64,000 bases of DNA from Haplodiscus bocki (lineage: Eukaryota): assembly GCA_965655095.1 (NCBI GenBank), contig OZ296657.1, positions 67,580,001 through 67,644,000 on the forward strand, written 5' to 3'. The first letter of the stretch is position 1. Every line of letters starts with the position of its first letter. The notes under the pieces are model-generated. The model worked only from the letters and a program-made list of their open reading frames with translations, had not been told where the DNA came from and ran no database searches. The position numbers and the translations under genes were made by a program. Below are positions 34,101 through 47,949 of this stretch, one piece after another.

Positions 34101-37100
34101 CTTCTCAAAACATGCGGAAAAAAATAACAATCCATTTCACAGAAAAGATTTCAAGAAGGAAAACATCTTGAAATTGGAAAATTTGCGTTCTTTAAAAACG
34201 TTCCCTTTGTGCAATTTTCAATTGAAAGTAAACTATTTCATTTTGGTTCTTTTCAAAAAAGTAACAAAACTTCCGATTTGAAATTAAAAAAAGATTCCTC
34301 AAGGTGTTCCCCTTTTTGGGCCCATTGTAATTATTTAAATGCATACACTCCAAAAGGACACAGTTTTGTTCCATTGATCCAAAAATAGGATAAAATTTCG
34401 TGAAACTTCGAATAAAACTGAAGGTTTTGAAGATACGACACTAATGAATAGAGTTTTTCCTATGATGATCAGTTTGATGAAAAACCCAATTGATGAAAGC
34501 ATTGATAATTCGTCTCTAACTTCTGAGAATTACTTGAAAAAATCCCGGAGTTTCTTATGTCATCCAAAATCATAAAAAATGATCAACTCACAACAACCGC
34601 GTTCTTTTTCAACCCAATGACAATCCTTCCTCCCATCGTGATTATATAAACAATCGCAAGCTTCCTAATGTAACAAACAGAGATGCATTGCAACTGAACT
34701 TAACAGATTTAGCACCAACATAGACATAAATCTTCGGCAAAGAGTATCAAAACCACGTCAATAGTACACAAAAATCTCCGTGACACAGAAATACCCGACA
34801 TTTGGCAGGTACCATCAAAAGTTTCTCCTTTCTTCCGATTGGTTCGCTGGTAACTGATTACTTTGTAAATTGAACTTTCAAATTTATTGTCCTTATTGAT
34901 TCAAATCAACCCGCACCAATTTTCACCCCTTGTCTTTAACCTTTCATCCCCCTTACTGTCTACTTCTTCTCTGACGCTGACATCCTGGAACGTTATTTCA
35001 ACCAAAGTTTACCATCACTCTTCGCTCCTCCCAAAACTGACAACGAAGGTCCAATCACCTAAACGCCACAACAAGTAGGTAAAAAAATTCATCGTAACCA
35101 AATGTCAACACCACACCAAATCTTTCAACGAAGCATACTGGTTTACGGAACTTCAAAAAAAGGTAGATTATCTTCAACACCTTTCACAATTTTACCAGAA
35201 CCCGGAACAAATTTTTAACTGACTTGCAAAACCTAGTATATAAAAATCTGCTATCCCGAAACGCTCTCGTTCCCTAATATTTGTGTCAAGAACGTCCCCT
35301 AAACGTAACGTCCACTAGACTTTAATTCAGGTTCTTTTCATGGCTCCTTCCCTGCTCTAAAAGTTTTAAAGTCTCCCCATACGTATAATCTTCTTAGCCA
35401 ACAACTCAAATTGAAATTTGGATCCTCTGCAGGATACAACATACGTTCCGAACCTGAATCAGACATCCTTCCACTCTCTTCCAGACAAATTCTCGTAATT
35501 TATCAACAGAATCTTGTCTTTTTCTTTCTTCTAGAGAAATTCACCATTTTCATCTTTTACTTTTGGATTTTAGACACCCAGTGAAACTTTTCATCAGTCT
35601 TCTTTTTCAAGATTTTCTGGTAGCCTAAAACTTCTAAAACTTTTTCCACTCGTCCTTCAGCTGCTTCCTGTGGTTTTCCCAGTTTAACAATTCTGACTAC
35701 TTCACTTCAGTTACTAAGTACCGATGCGAACAAACCGTCCAACTTGCAAAATCAAAATTTTTACCGCACTGGAGGAGATCTAAGATTTCAACATTCATTA
35801 GGAAACAAAATACAAATCAACCCTGAAATATCTACCCATGAAAAACAGAAAGAAGTACCAGTCTCCCGGCTTGTATTCCTGAAACCGCATCTGATGTTAG
35901 AGTCTGTTTTGAAAATTTAAATCCTCAATCAATATATACTGCCACACGAACTTCTTATGACAGCCTTCCATATCAACACCCATGGGAAAACATGTCATTT
36001 TCCAACAGAAAGTACAGGCTGAAAAACTTCAACTCAACTCTAATCTTTTTCCTGTCACTTTTTTCACCACTCCCTTCAATCGTTTTCAAACCCCCCCCCC
36101 CCCCTTTTAAACTAAACCACAGCCCTGTATTTACCACATTTACAAATCTGACAATAATACTCAAACTAGCTAGTGTAGAAATTTACCAAACCTTCAATTT
36201 TAAAAATTGACTTTTCCACAATCTGATCTGCATTTTCGTTAGTTAAAGAAAATCACCTACTACCAGTTCTTAGACTCCTTGTCCTGAAGCTTTGTTACCT
36301 GATGATGACACTAATGCTTCTCACTTGTTGGTTTGTCATCACGGTTGTTTCCGTCAAAAGAGCTTAAGACAGTTTGGTCTCACCAGTGTTCAACAATATT
36401 TTCAAACCCCAACAGTTTCTGAACACGCCTGAGTGAAAACAGACGTATATGTTAGAACTAAAGCGACTCGCCTAGTTGCTTGGAAATGTGAAGTTACATT
36501 TGTAAAAGAAAAAGTCTCTTGTGCTAAAACTTCTAGGTCAAATCATAAACAAGTTTATTGCTAATCCTATTAGATTAAAAAGTTCCGATGACCTTTCACT
36601 TTTGACCCCAATTAATGTAATTGAATGAGTTATACCTCGAATGGCACAAAAATTAACCAATGAAATTGATCCAATCATGTTCTAAAAATCTCATTTTGGA
36701 CAAAACACAATTTCAAAATCTATTAAAGAAGTTTTTGGATGTTTCCGTATTTTTAATTTGAATATGGATGTTCCTGGTAAACCTGCTTACATGGCACATG
36801 AAAAGACTTGGATACTGAATCCGAAACCCGGTAAAATTTTAAAATGGCCCAAATGTAGTGAAACACGAGTTGGTCTTAAAAAGTGGCACTTGATATTTTC
36901 CAAACTCAGCCTAATTTACGACTAAAAAACCAGTACTTTAGACTATGAGGGACATATTCTGCCTTGCTTTTATGAACATGCATTTTGTATACCTACTACA
37001 AAAAAACCTTGTTTTTCTATATTTTTCACCGATGTTGAATGCCTTTACTTTTATTTTTAAAAAGATATCGGTCGAAGGCTGAGATTTGTTCACGATAATC

Positions 37101-37250
37101 GTCTGAAAATGATCGTTTCGTTTCTGAAATCAGAAACATAAATCAAAAACAAAACAACTAGCAAAATATTCCCAATGAAATTATTGAACTTATTTGACTT
37201 CCTTTGTTTGCAAATATTCCAAAGAGAAAACTTTAATCCAAAAACACGAT
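31200..37250 (+). mobile_element. Decayed Ty3/Gypsy element D (RT-RH-IN remnants plus env-like region)
   Basis: THKGNLDPRF..YQMQITKF..IVWTP (RH end, ~32160-32260) and RIGIDTKGP (IN core, ~33458-33483). Many frameshifts. Confidence 0.55.
36300..37250 (+). pseudogene. env-like glycoprotein remnant of element D
   Basis: GCFRQKSLRQFGLTSVQ...VYVRTKATRLVAWKCEVTFVKEKVSCA and YEGHILPCFYEHAFCIPTT. Cys spacing resembles class III fusion-type env; located after IN. Confidence 0.4.
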
Positions 37251-37489
37251 ACCTTTTTTAACTAAACAATCCCCTGCTAAATCGATGCAACTGCATTTGT
37301 TGGAGATGGAGAGAGACCGACACTCTTTTCTTTGGGTTGGCAATGTCTTTCTGTTCCGTGTTGCCGGCAGTAGTGCTGTTACTTATATTTTCGAAGTTAG
37401 TTCTAAGCTTACTGAATAAACGACGTTCGCTGCATGAGGTAGTGAGACTACAGATGTTTTCTGATGTATGGCTGACCGTTTTCATCGCC

Positions 37490-40400
37490 GGCTAATGAGT
37501 TGTTGCATTGATGCCGATGATTTTTGATGTGAGTCTGACAGCGTTGTCTTGTGTGTCCGAGCACTTGAGATCCAAACGGATTCTTCCCGACGTGCTTTGT
37601 GATCCGCTGCCTGCTTTGTTTGTGGCTCGAACGCCCAGCTTGACAGGTCTTAGTTGAGCTTTAGCACTGCTAATTTGGTGTACGAGATGGTCTGAATAGC
37701 GGTTCAGTGCGGGGTTTGCTCTCAGATTACGTCGGTTTTTTGTTCTTCTCGTTGATTTGTCGGTTTCCGTCTGTGGGTGTGGTTCTCGTCTATTCGCAAG
37801 GCGTGCCACTTCATTACATGTTTTATTTACATGTGAGTTAACCGAGCTGTCTGTTGAGTTTGTTACAGGTGTTGGTGTACTGGAGTGTAGGACACTCATT
37901 TGTCCATTTGTCCACCGATTTCCCTCGGTAGGTGTCGAGATTGTGCCAAGGTCTGTTTTTGTGTACCAATGTGGGTGTCGCGTCTGATTGCTGCTCCGTG
38001 GGCGACAACTTTTGGAACGCAGACGTCAAAAAAATGGGGGTGTTGTGTTTCCGGAGTTGATCTCTTATTTTGTTCTTCCAGGTCGTTGTTACTTTCGTCG
38101 TCTGGCAGAGGTTGTAAATTTTCATCAAAATTATCCGTGTCTTCGATGACTTCTGTGTCAGGGTACTGTCCTTTTTAATTCACTTGGATGTCATCAATTT
38201 TGGTTTGAGGTACAAAGGGTCGGAGTCGCATCCAATGTAAGCATTGGATATTGTGTGTCCACATTTGACGACTGATGTATTTACTATTAGATTGTACTTT
38301 AACCTTTTTGAAAGGTCTTTGCCAGTGGAAAGGTGTGAAGTGCTGTTTCGAACTATGGTCTCCATACTTTGCATTCAACAAGAATACAAAGTCATTGACT
38401 TTAATGGGTTGGGCACTGGTTTTCCTGTCAAGGTAGGTTTTTGTACTTATGGGACGCAGCGACTACGTTGTGTACGTTTTCCTTGCATTTTTCATCGATC
38501 CCATCTAGCATCTTTGAGATGGCTGGGGATTGGTTAGTGGCGCGAATTTTGAACTTCAGATCAAAAGCACTGTAAGTTGTCGTACCATGGAAAAACTCTG
38601 TAGGCGAGCACTTTAGGGAAGTGTGAGAGCTTGTGTTGTGGGCCACGACGGCAATGTTTACATTTTGGTCCCACTGGGGCTGGTCAACACTGGCGCTAAA
38701 CTTAAAAACTTTTCTGAGTTTTTGATGACTTCGTTTTGTCATGCTTATTGTTTGTGCATGTTTTATGGTTGCATGTTTGAATAAGATTCTGGCTCGTTCT
38801 TTCGTTCTTTGCATTACTTCAGCAGTGAATGCTAGTCCTCTGTCTGTCAGGAAAGTGATCGGGACGTAAGCGTGTCTCATCGAGATCGAAATGAGACATT
38901 TCACAACAGATGGTGCGTCGGGTCGTCTCAAGGGGCTCGCAATGGTGTAGCATGAGAACACGTCAACTGCTGTAAAATGTGCGTGAAGCCGTCAGAAGGA
39001 CGAGACGGTCCCACGAAGTCGATTTCCAACAGGTCTTCCGGTCCATAGTTTGATTGCTAAAATCGAAAATCTTCTTCAATGAGCGTTCTAACTGCTGTTT
39101 GGCGATGGGTTTCGAATTTATCTCCAAACATGACAATTATTTAAAAAATTTCGGACTTTTTTCGCTAAATTAGGGCAGTAGTAGCGTTGTCCTAGTGTGT
39201 AGAGCATCGTATTGAGCCCCGAGTAAACCTGCATGACGTCTTCATGCAGTGTCCGGATAATGTCCTCCATACACTGTTCTGGGACTACTTCTTGTTTCTT
39301 GTTGGTAAACGACCTTAACTGTGCTGTTTAAGTACTTTCTGCAAAATATCCTTTTGATGACTTCTAAGCGCTTTATGTTTCTATGAAGTCTTTGAAAAAA
39401 ATGGCATTCAAAGATCACGAGTGGGAGTGATGCCTGTTGTGCTCAAAGTATTGCGTTGTTTTTCGGACGTCCTTTTTGTTTTTTGTGCACAACATGTAAA
39501 TTAACTGTTATAGAGTTATAGATGGACTAACGCTGTTCAATGGGTGGGTTGGCAACTAACATGTATTTACAATTCTGACGACGGTCATTTAGTCTTTTAC
39601 CGATGTTCTCCGATGTCCATTGTCGCCGTGCGCTGCCATCTGGTGGATATCGCTTTCCTTGTTTGACCTGATGGTTCGTCATCCCGTGTATTTGACCGAT
39701 GTTTTCGGATGTTTTCACCACCCTCGTCTTGAGGGTAGTAATCAGTGTCCTCTTCCTCTTATTTGGGTGTCTCTAAGGCCATGTCAATTTCTACATGAAA
39801 CACTGAAAAAGAATCGTTCAGATCTAATTGTCTTCTAGACTCAAGTCGAACTTCCAGGCGCGACATGTAGTCGGCCGCTGGTTTCTCAAAACCAGGAACT
39901 TGAGCTAACACATGATTAAGTTGTAATATTTGATAACAAAAACAAACCAAGTGACGCGGGAAAACGTTTAGCTTGAAGAAAACTGGTTAACGCTTTTCGA
40001 TCGGCCATTATTATGATCGATTTTTTGACTCCCCACAGGATATGTCCAAGCTCATCAAATAATAGGTGCTTGGCTGAAACTCTTTCGCATTCATTGTTAA
40101 TGACATTTGGCCTGTGGTATAACCTCTCGAATCAAAGGCTACCAGGGTGAATTTGCTGGTCTCTCGCCTTTCTTCGTTTGTGTACTTTTCAATGAGGTGG
40201 ATAGAAACAGAAGCTTGTTTGCTTGCGTCATACAATAGTACTGACTGTTTTCCGGTAAAACCAACTCCAGTGACAGTTTAGGTGCCTTCAACAGATTGTC
40301 GGTAATTCCAAAAATTGTGTCCTTATGTTGTGTGAGTTTGAAAGGTCATTGTTTTAAGCAGTAAATGCAGGGGCACTAGCTTATCTGCCAGCATAGGGAT

Positions 40401-42768
40401 GTACTGCCTGTAAAAGTTTACAAATGCTGAAAAGCGCAGTAAGGTTTTGACAATACTCGGTAAATTCAGTATTTTCAGAAACTTGGTGATCCGTTCTTCA
40501 ATGGGTGCAATTCCTGCTGTGGAGATGGTTTTCCCAAAAAATCAATCGACTATTTACCGAACTGGCACTTCTCTGTGGACAGTTTTAATCCTGCTTTTCT
40601 AATTTGTTGAAACACGTTCACAAGTTTTTCAGGTTTTCGATGAGATCTGATGCGCTGTGAGCAGCTACACCAATGTCATCTACGTACTACGCGCATCGGT
40701 CTTCTTTCAATACAGGGTCCAAATATTCCCCTATTACACTAGTAAGAACTGACAAAGACCTGTTTACATCTTGAGCTAAACATTTGTCAGCAAAAAATTT
40801 GGAAACGATTTTAGAAGAGAGCAACTGGATTGACTGCTCATCTGCCATTTGTATGCTGTGGTAAGCTTGAGAGCAATATAGTGTACAGAAGTACTTCTTC
40901 CCGGCCTTGTGCTATGCTGCGTCTAAGGTCGTTGTTACCGGTTGGTTATGCTCTCCGTAATTGTGCTTAATCAAAGGTCAATTGGGTTATTGGAGGTGGT
41001 TCAATCAAATTCCTTAGTTCGCCGTTCAGTTTGCGTTGAGCAAAATCGGCGTCGAGTAATTGCTGAAAAAAAGAGGCCTATCCGTGGTTAAAATCCCGTA
41101 TTCTCGCATCAATGCAGGTTCAACCTACAAATCTTCCTTCAATTTTGTCGGGGTTGGCAGACTCTGTGAGTAAACCGGTTCATCATGCTGCAGTGTTAAC
41201 TTAACCTTGAACTCTGTGTTAATATCAATGTCTAAGCAGTGCCTAGCAAAAACTGAATGATACTTTACTAGGAGGTTCTCCTTTCTGGCTTTATCGTCCT
41301 CATTGAGCAATGATTCTTTCCAGTTGAACTTTGACAAAAATTCTTTTCTCCGTGCATCGGTTTCTGTCGGTTTCAAATGCCCTTAGCCTCGGAGGGTAAT
41401 GATCTCGTCGTAAATATGTCTTTCGATCTTAAACTGCTTCGTTGGATCATCGCACGTCTCCGCCGTTGATAACTAGCGTTTCGCATAAATTTCCGTCTGT
41501 TCGGGGAACAACTGGTTGAGAATGTGTTCACACTCCTCTGGATGCTTGTTCGGCAGAAGCACTTGTGCGTGTAGTATTGGTTTCGTGCTTGCTATCTGAT
41601 ATGGGGTTATCACTTTGACATTGGCCACTGCTACACAACTGTCGAGTGTATAGGTATGGTTGTGGGGTTACTCATTTGAGTCATCGTTCTCCCCTCTCTC
41701 ACGTGACTAGTGCCGGCGAAACCAAGACTGCTTCCTTCCGATCAAGTGTAGATGTTGCTTCCGCTGCGCCGTTCGTTGGGCGCGGAAGTAGTTTCACCTC
41801 TGACGAGTATCATTACTTCTTGGAACGGTTGGGTTGCTGTCTTCTGTGTCGTATGTAGTTCTTTAAAAAAAATCAGATTCTTGTTATTTGGTTTTCCGTA
41901 CTTGCATGGATATGTCTGGTAAATGGACTAAAGGTTTTTGCCGTCAAGTTTTACTGCATATTTTTCAAAAAAAATGACATTCCTTTTGAAACCGTTCCTA
42001 TGCTCGGCAAAATAAGAAAGCTTCTTTAAAAAACGGCCTCCTAGGAAAAACCCTTATACTACTTGTTTGCTTTTTGTAACTAAGGTTACGTTGGCTGTTA
42101 CAATCTTGAACTTGGGGTCGGGGAGTACTTTCAAGAGTGCTTCAGGGTTTTCTGTCTAAATTTCCCTAAGGTCGTCTTCGGAAATGACACTCTGGACTGC
42201 TCCTATGTCCAGCAGCTCATAGTTTTTATATTTTCTAAAGTCTAAGGGTGCGAACACCATCTTATACTGCTTATCTAAGTGTAATGTGGGAATATGAAGT
42301 TGGATCTGAACTTGTTTTTCAATTTATCTAGTACATGAAGAATTAGGAAAGTTTGTTTTGCAACGAATGTCCGGGATCAGATGAAAACCGATATTGGTGA
42401 CATTCTTCCGTGCGCGGTCATTTTGAGTCGTCTGTGTGTAGTTGGTGGGTCGGTGTCCATCAAGTGTTACCGTTCGTTGTGAAACAAAATTTTTTCTTCA
42501 GTCATTTCGTCGGCCAGTTTTGTGATTTTGTGAACCTGTTGCAAATTGTTCGCCTTTGTGTAATCTTCTGTGTAAGTCTGCGGACGTCCTGGTTTTGCTG
42601 TCAGCATTCTGTTCTGTTTCTATGGTACTTCATCGTTGGAGTCTGCCTCCTCTATGGATGGGTCGCTTCTGTTCTGTTGTGGTGGATCTTCCGTTGCTCA
42701 GTGGTTCGTCGAGTCATTTGTGCACTTACGACGTCTGCGACCAGGAAACATGGCTGTCTCAGTTTAAA
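37490..42768 (-). pseudogene. pol: pol of element C
   Basis: ORF fragments 41125..41376, 40011..40235, 39759..39950, 38428..38961 and 38175..38381 are collinear with the pol of element B. Confidence 0.85.
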
Positions 42769-44320
42769 TCTTGGTTGTTATCGGAGTCGTTTTCGTACTG
42801 TTCTTCCTGTTAGTCTTCTGCGGTCAACTGGTGTATCTTCAATGCTTTTATTTACGATGCCTTTGATTTCTTGTATGTGCTTCTTGTTGGCTTCTGCTGA
42901 TTTACGGTCATAAGGGATCTGCCCGTAGGGCGTGGAGGTTTGCTGGCGTTGAGGACAGTAATTCACTGAGTGTCACTTGTAACTCGAAATTTGGCACACT
43001 AACTTTCTGTTGTAGGTTTGTCTCGTTTCTTGTTGGATTGCTGGTTTGCACTTTCTCTGTTTAACTGTGCTGTTTTTACTTTCGAGAGCCTTCTGTCGGC
43101 ATTCGACTTCTCTATGTCCAGTTTTTTCGCAATAAAAGCAATTGCCATCATATCGTTTGATCTGTTGTTTTGCGTCGGATTGTTGCTGCTGGGCTCGTCT
43201 TATGGAGTCTTTCTGGTTTGTTGATGCGTGCTTGTATGACCGTGGCATTGTTGCTTGACCAAATTGGTTTTATTGTTGTCTTCGATGTGATATCGTCCGT
43301 ATTTTTTTCTGGAGAAGCGTCTTTTTTAGTGTTGTTCATAAAGTGCTGTTTATTCTTGTTGTATAGTTCCCGGAACAGGAGAGCCTGGATGCATTTTGCC
43401 ACATTATCCTGCAAGGTTTGTTTGGCTATATCTTTCAGACGTTTCAAAAAGTCTGAGAAAGTTTCTAACGTTGCATTACATTTTGCTTGAACCCATATGT
43501 ATCTTGTGACCTCTCTTACATCACCTTCGGTTAAGTTTTTCCTAAAATTATCCAACACATCGGTTAACGTCGTCTTCGTGGACATCGTTAGCGACTGGAA
43601 AATTTCGATCGTTTCTTTGCGCAGTAAGCTCTGTACTTATTTGATTCACGCCGCTTCTGTAAGTCGATTGCGAAATGGTCGGAGGTCGTTGCGGAGCAAG
43701 TGTTCAGATCCATTGCACCAATCTTTGTTTCCTCTGAACGTAGAGACTTATGTGCGCAAAAGTTTGTGATTCGTGTTCGTGGCTTGTAGTCTGATTGCGT
43801 CGATAATGATCTCATACTGCTCTGTCTCATCCGATGTTTGCGAGAGTTCTGCACTTCTGTTTCTGTTGGAAAACACTGTTTCGTCGTCAGTATCCATGTT
43901 CTCGTGTTGTGGTGTTGGTTGTGGAGTTCGGGTTGCTCCGGTAACTAGTATCCCGTGTTACACTAGTTAAGTGGTGCTGCAGTTCGGAATCTAGAGGTCG
44001 CGGACACTCCGCTGAAGGGGCAATGACATTGACATCGTGTTTCGTGGGCACTTACCGTTGTAAGTTCCGTGGCTGAGCTGCTTTGGATCAAGCGATCCAT
44101 TAGTTCCGTAAGGGCGAAGATCTATAGGTGTAACCGCTCAAGACTTGACTTAATCCTTTCATCAACCAAATCCGGGGAAATCCCTACATTACTCTTTTCG
44201 TTTCCTCCTTTTGTATCTCCTTCTACTTCTCCTGTTACTTCCTCGTGTGCTGGGAATTCAAGTTGGGCGTTTGAAATGTACGGTTCCCACTTCTTAATGT
44301 CTCGTACTTGTAGGAAAAGC
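42758..44320 (-). pseudogene. gag: gag of element C, ending at a TTTAAAC-TGA slippery site
   Basis: ORF fragments 43148..43585 and 42973..43248. TTTAAAC at 42768-42762 is followed by TGA. Confidence 0.75.
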
Positions 44321-44351
44321 TCATGCAGTCGGCAAGAGTTAAATTATAGTC

Positions 44352-44639
44352 AATCAAGGATATGTTTACAAAAGTTTATTAGATATACAAAAGAAAATAA
44401 AACCAGAAATTCAAAAAAACATTTCCGTTCGATTCGCAGATATAAAGAAAGGTTTCTCAAAGGTTGATACGAAGAACTGGTCTTATAATTTATATAAAAT
44501 CACAGAAAGTATTAATGATACAATACCGAGTTATCGCAGTGACAATTTAACAGAAAGATATAATGAATTTTTACTGAAAAAGACCGAGTTAACCTTTAAA
44601 AAGAATAAAAATGTTATGAAAAGCCTAAACTTAAATTAA
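44352..44639 (+). pseudogene. C-terminal end of a Maverick-type integrase (M2)
   Basis: NQGYVYKSLLDIQKKIKP...VRFADIKKGFSKVDTKNWSYNLYKITE...PSY...ERYNE, matching the 'KP.F..GD.VR....F.KG...NWS..Y.I' tail. Confidence 0.6.
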
Positions 44640-45885
44640 ACTGAAATGACGTTGACCATCACTGCTTCTACTTACTTATTCTTTTGTTAACACTAAAGCC
44701 CAACCATTTATACCAACCGGAATGTTTTCCGAAAACTTAAAGTTTACTTTAACTGGTTGAGCAGATTCTAGGTTTTTCTCATATTGTATATCGAAAGAGT
44801 ATAAATTATATCCAATTTCATTATAATCCTTAGATGATCTAAAATCGTGATCAATTATATATGGTTGAAGAATATCATCTTTTTTTCGAACTCTAAAAGC
44901 TTCTTCAATTTGACCATATCCTTGAGAATAATCATCATCATTATAATTTATTTAAAAAGCAGAATCAAATCATTTCTCGGTCCCGTTAATGCATTGAGCA
45001 GATGTTACTGGAGGTCTATAGAAAGTATTAATGTTTAAATTTTGTGAATCTCGTCTTTATTTTCGTTAAAACGATATAAACATCCAAATAGGAATGTGTT
45101 TTTCTTCCTGAGTCCCCATTTTTGAAAACTCCACAAGTTTTGAGTGTTTACCTTTTTCATAAAAACAGACCTCTCAACATACTGCAGCTTTGTAGGCAGA
45201 TTTTTCAAAATCTGATTCGATAATACATTTTGTTGTGAATTATTAGTTGTATAATGTGGTACATACCATTCAAGAGTATTAGTTTAATTTTTACCAACGT
45301 TGACTTCTTTGTCTTTATTCAGAACAGCGTTATCAGTATTTCCTGTTAGTGTCAACCTGAATGGAATTCCGCATGTTCCTTCTTCTTGATGTTCAGCAAA
45401 ACCGAAGACATCTTTAAGCATAATTCTCACATGATACTTACATTCTCTATTCTTAATATTAGTTATCTCTAGTCGTCTTCTATCACAACTACGATCGAAT
45501 CCAATGGAAAAATCATCACTATCTTTTGCGCTAGTTATTATTTTGTACAATAAAGAAACAATATGAGCATGACTAATATCTTCGAAGTGTTTTCCTGAAC
45601 CGGTGGTTAACTTATAAATACTAAACAAACCTAGAGGACCTAAATTAACTAACCTTATATCATTATTATCTGCGTATCTGTTATTGGTAGCAGCAAGTAA
45701 GACATCAAAGTTTAAATCAACATAACTATTCAACAAGGAGATAACAAAATCTTCTATAGAGATAATATTACATCTCTGAGAATTACCAGCGTTTAATGTA
45801 CTAATTTCTGATGGTGAGTATCGTGTATAATAACAGTTTAAAATGCTTCTTTTAACTTCGTTTTTTTTTCATTCAGTTTGAACAT
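44635..45885 (-). pseudogene. Major capsid protein (M2), frameshifted
   Basis: SLLNSYVDLNF...LVNLGPLGLFS..KL...IMLKDVFGFAE...LTLT, then EWYVPHYT. These match Polinton/adintovirus hexon motifs. ATG at 45885. Confidence 0.75.
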
Positions 45886-46282
45886 TTATCAAGTGGAAAA
45901 ACATGTATACGTATAATTACACTTGTCTATACATACATTTATATGAAAATGATCATACAAAACAGTATTTGTACAATTATAACAACAAATAAAATATTAT
46001 AATGTTCCTACTATTATATGAATAAATATATCATTATTCATATTCGAATACGTGTTATTATCTTGTTTATTTGTAATGTTTGTACAAGTATAAGAATAAT
46101 TCTATTCGAATACGTGTTATTATACTTCTTCATTTGTGATATATGAATAGGTGTAATTGTACTCAATTGATCATTTTAATTTACAATATCAATCACAAGT
46201 AAGATAACTTATTCATACAAGTATAATAAGAGTAATATTAATATTCGTTTTTGAATAGGTGTAATTTTGTGAGTGATTATAT

Positions 46283-47098
46283 TTATTTGTGTATTAGACT
46301 ACATTTAATTAAAAGTTGCTCATGCTGTTTCTTAGATATACTTTTGTATTCTAATAATTTATCAACTATAGCAACATTTTTTTGATTACTTAGGTCAAAC
46401 TTATTACCAGCTTGTCTCTCTTGTAATAATAATCCTAATCTATCGCAGAGATTTTTAGGATCAGATGATAAAAAAATTGTTGAAATTCCCGAAGCCATGA
46501 TAGCTGGTGATTTGAGCAATTCAACAGTAGGTCTATCTCTAGGACTTTTTTAACATCAAAGATCATTTGTTCTGCAAAGTCACGGAATTTTTTTTCAATC
46601 CTGTGGATTAGAATGATCAACATTGAATTTTATTTGTCATCGTTTTTAAATGATCCCCATCTAGTTTAAAAGATTTATTACTATCTCTGAAAATTAACAT
46701 TTTGCTAAATAGAATAACCGGTATATTCCCATGTCTTAAAAAATCTTTCAACTTAGTTGAATTGAGGTCTTTTATCAACCTAAATTGACTTCTATTTTCT
46801 TGTTTAAAGAGAATAACTAAAGAGGAAGCTAAAAATGGAGCTATCATTCCTTTATCATTCATACTTTCTAAAACTTTTTTGTTTGAATTCTCTTTTCCTT
46901 TGATGTTTTTATTAGAATTTTCTGTTAAAGTTTTTTTTTTAATTTCCAGAAGCATTTGTAATTGCATCAAGAAGTGGTTCTTGAAATTATTTCCTATCAT
47001 ATTGAAATTTTTGTTTTCCTAATTTTTCTTGCAATCGAACTTCCTGTACTTGTTTTTGTAAAGAACCAAGTTCTTCTAATTTTTCCAAATCTTTCATG
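46283..47098 (-). pseudogene. Conserved Maverick protein of unknown function (fragmented)
   Basis: C-terminal SDPKNLCDRLGLLLQERQAGN...IVDKLLEYKSI matches the 'DPNEL.DRL.LL.....AGN....I...L.E...I' motif I recognise from Mavericks. Confidence 0.55.
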
Positions 47099-47129
47099 TT
47101 TTTTGATTGAATACAACATTTATGTTAGT

Positions 47130-47760
47130 TAAAAAGGTTTTGATGCAGGAGTACATTTTCTATAAGTATTTTTGTTACCAATTCTAATAGTTTACCTACC
47201 CTCTCCCATTTTCGCGAATCTGACTGTCTGTAAATAATCATAACCATTTTCCCATGCCTTACGACAAAGCTCTTCCCACTCTTCTAGATTGATATCTAGT
47301 CCCGCTATGTCATGAAATAAGAGTCTGATAACTCTTAGTGTTTGTTGAAATAAAATAATTACTTTGGAGTTTTTACGGATCGCACTTTTTGTGAGATGAA
47401 ATTAGCTTTGAGATACGTAGTATATATCAATTTTATTGTGACACCCTCTTGTGAAAAACAGTTCAATATTGTTTTCTCGTTTTGGTAACAACTTATCATC
47501 AAAAACAAATGTTCTGTCCTCATATTCGTTTGACGTTTGGATTTCATCTGATGTTTGAGCTTTGATATTAGGATATTGATTTATTGATTTTGTATTTCTA
47601 CAAATCGGTTCATGTTTTTGAGGTAGAATATGATTCATTAGATGTGTTTCACCACAATTTGAAAATCCAATGATAAGGCTTTGATTATTGTTATTATTAA
47701 TATTAATATTCACAGAGTCAACAATTTTTCTTTTCTTTTTGTTCATATTAACTTTCACAG
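47130..47760 (-). pseudogene. A32-like packaging ATPase (M2)
   Basis: LIIGFSNCGET (Walker A, K>E), FVFDD (Walker B), FFTRGCHNKIDIYYVSQS. The frame continues past a stop (IRKNSKVIILFQQ). Confidence 0.8.
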
Positions 47761-47949
47761 AGTCACCAACTTTTCTAGAGTACGTGGTAATATTACGATT
47801 TTTTTAATTCATATTGTAACAATTCCTACATATATTTCTATTTTTCTATCTTTTTTAAAGTTATCTTTATCTATCTTTATGTTGCAAACAGTACACTTTT
47901 AAACAACCATTTAATAAAACAGAACAGTCCACGTTCTAACATACAGAAT

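Larger units (their letters stand above)
37490..44320 (-). mobile_element. Decayed Ty3/Gypsy element C, related to B
   Basis: gag with CFYCEKTGHREVEC; PR LLDIGAVQSVI (~42220); VYSQSLPTPTKLKEDL; YVDD (~40686-40675); YDAS; IN LTDRGLAF and HATIKHAQTI. No LTRs recognised. Confidence 0.9.
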
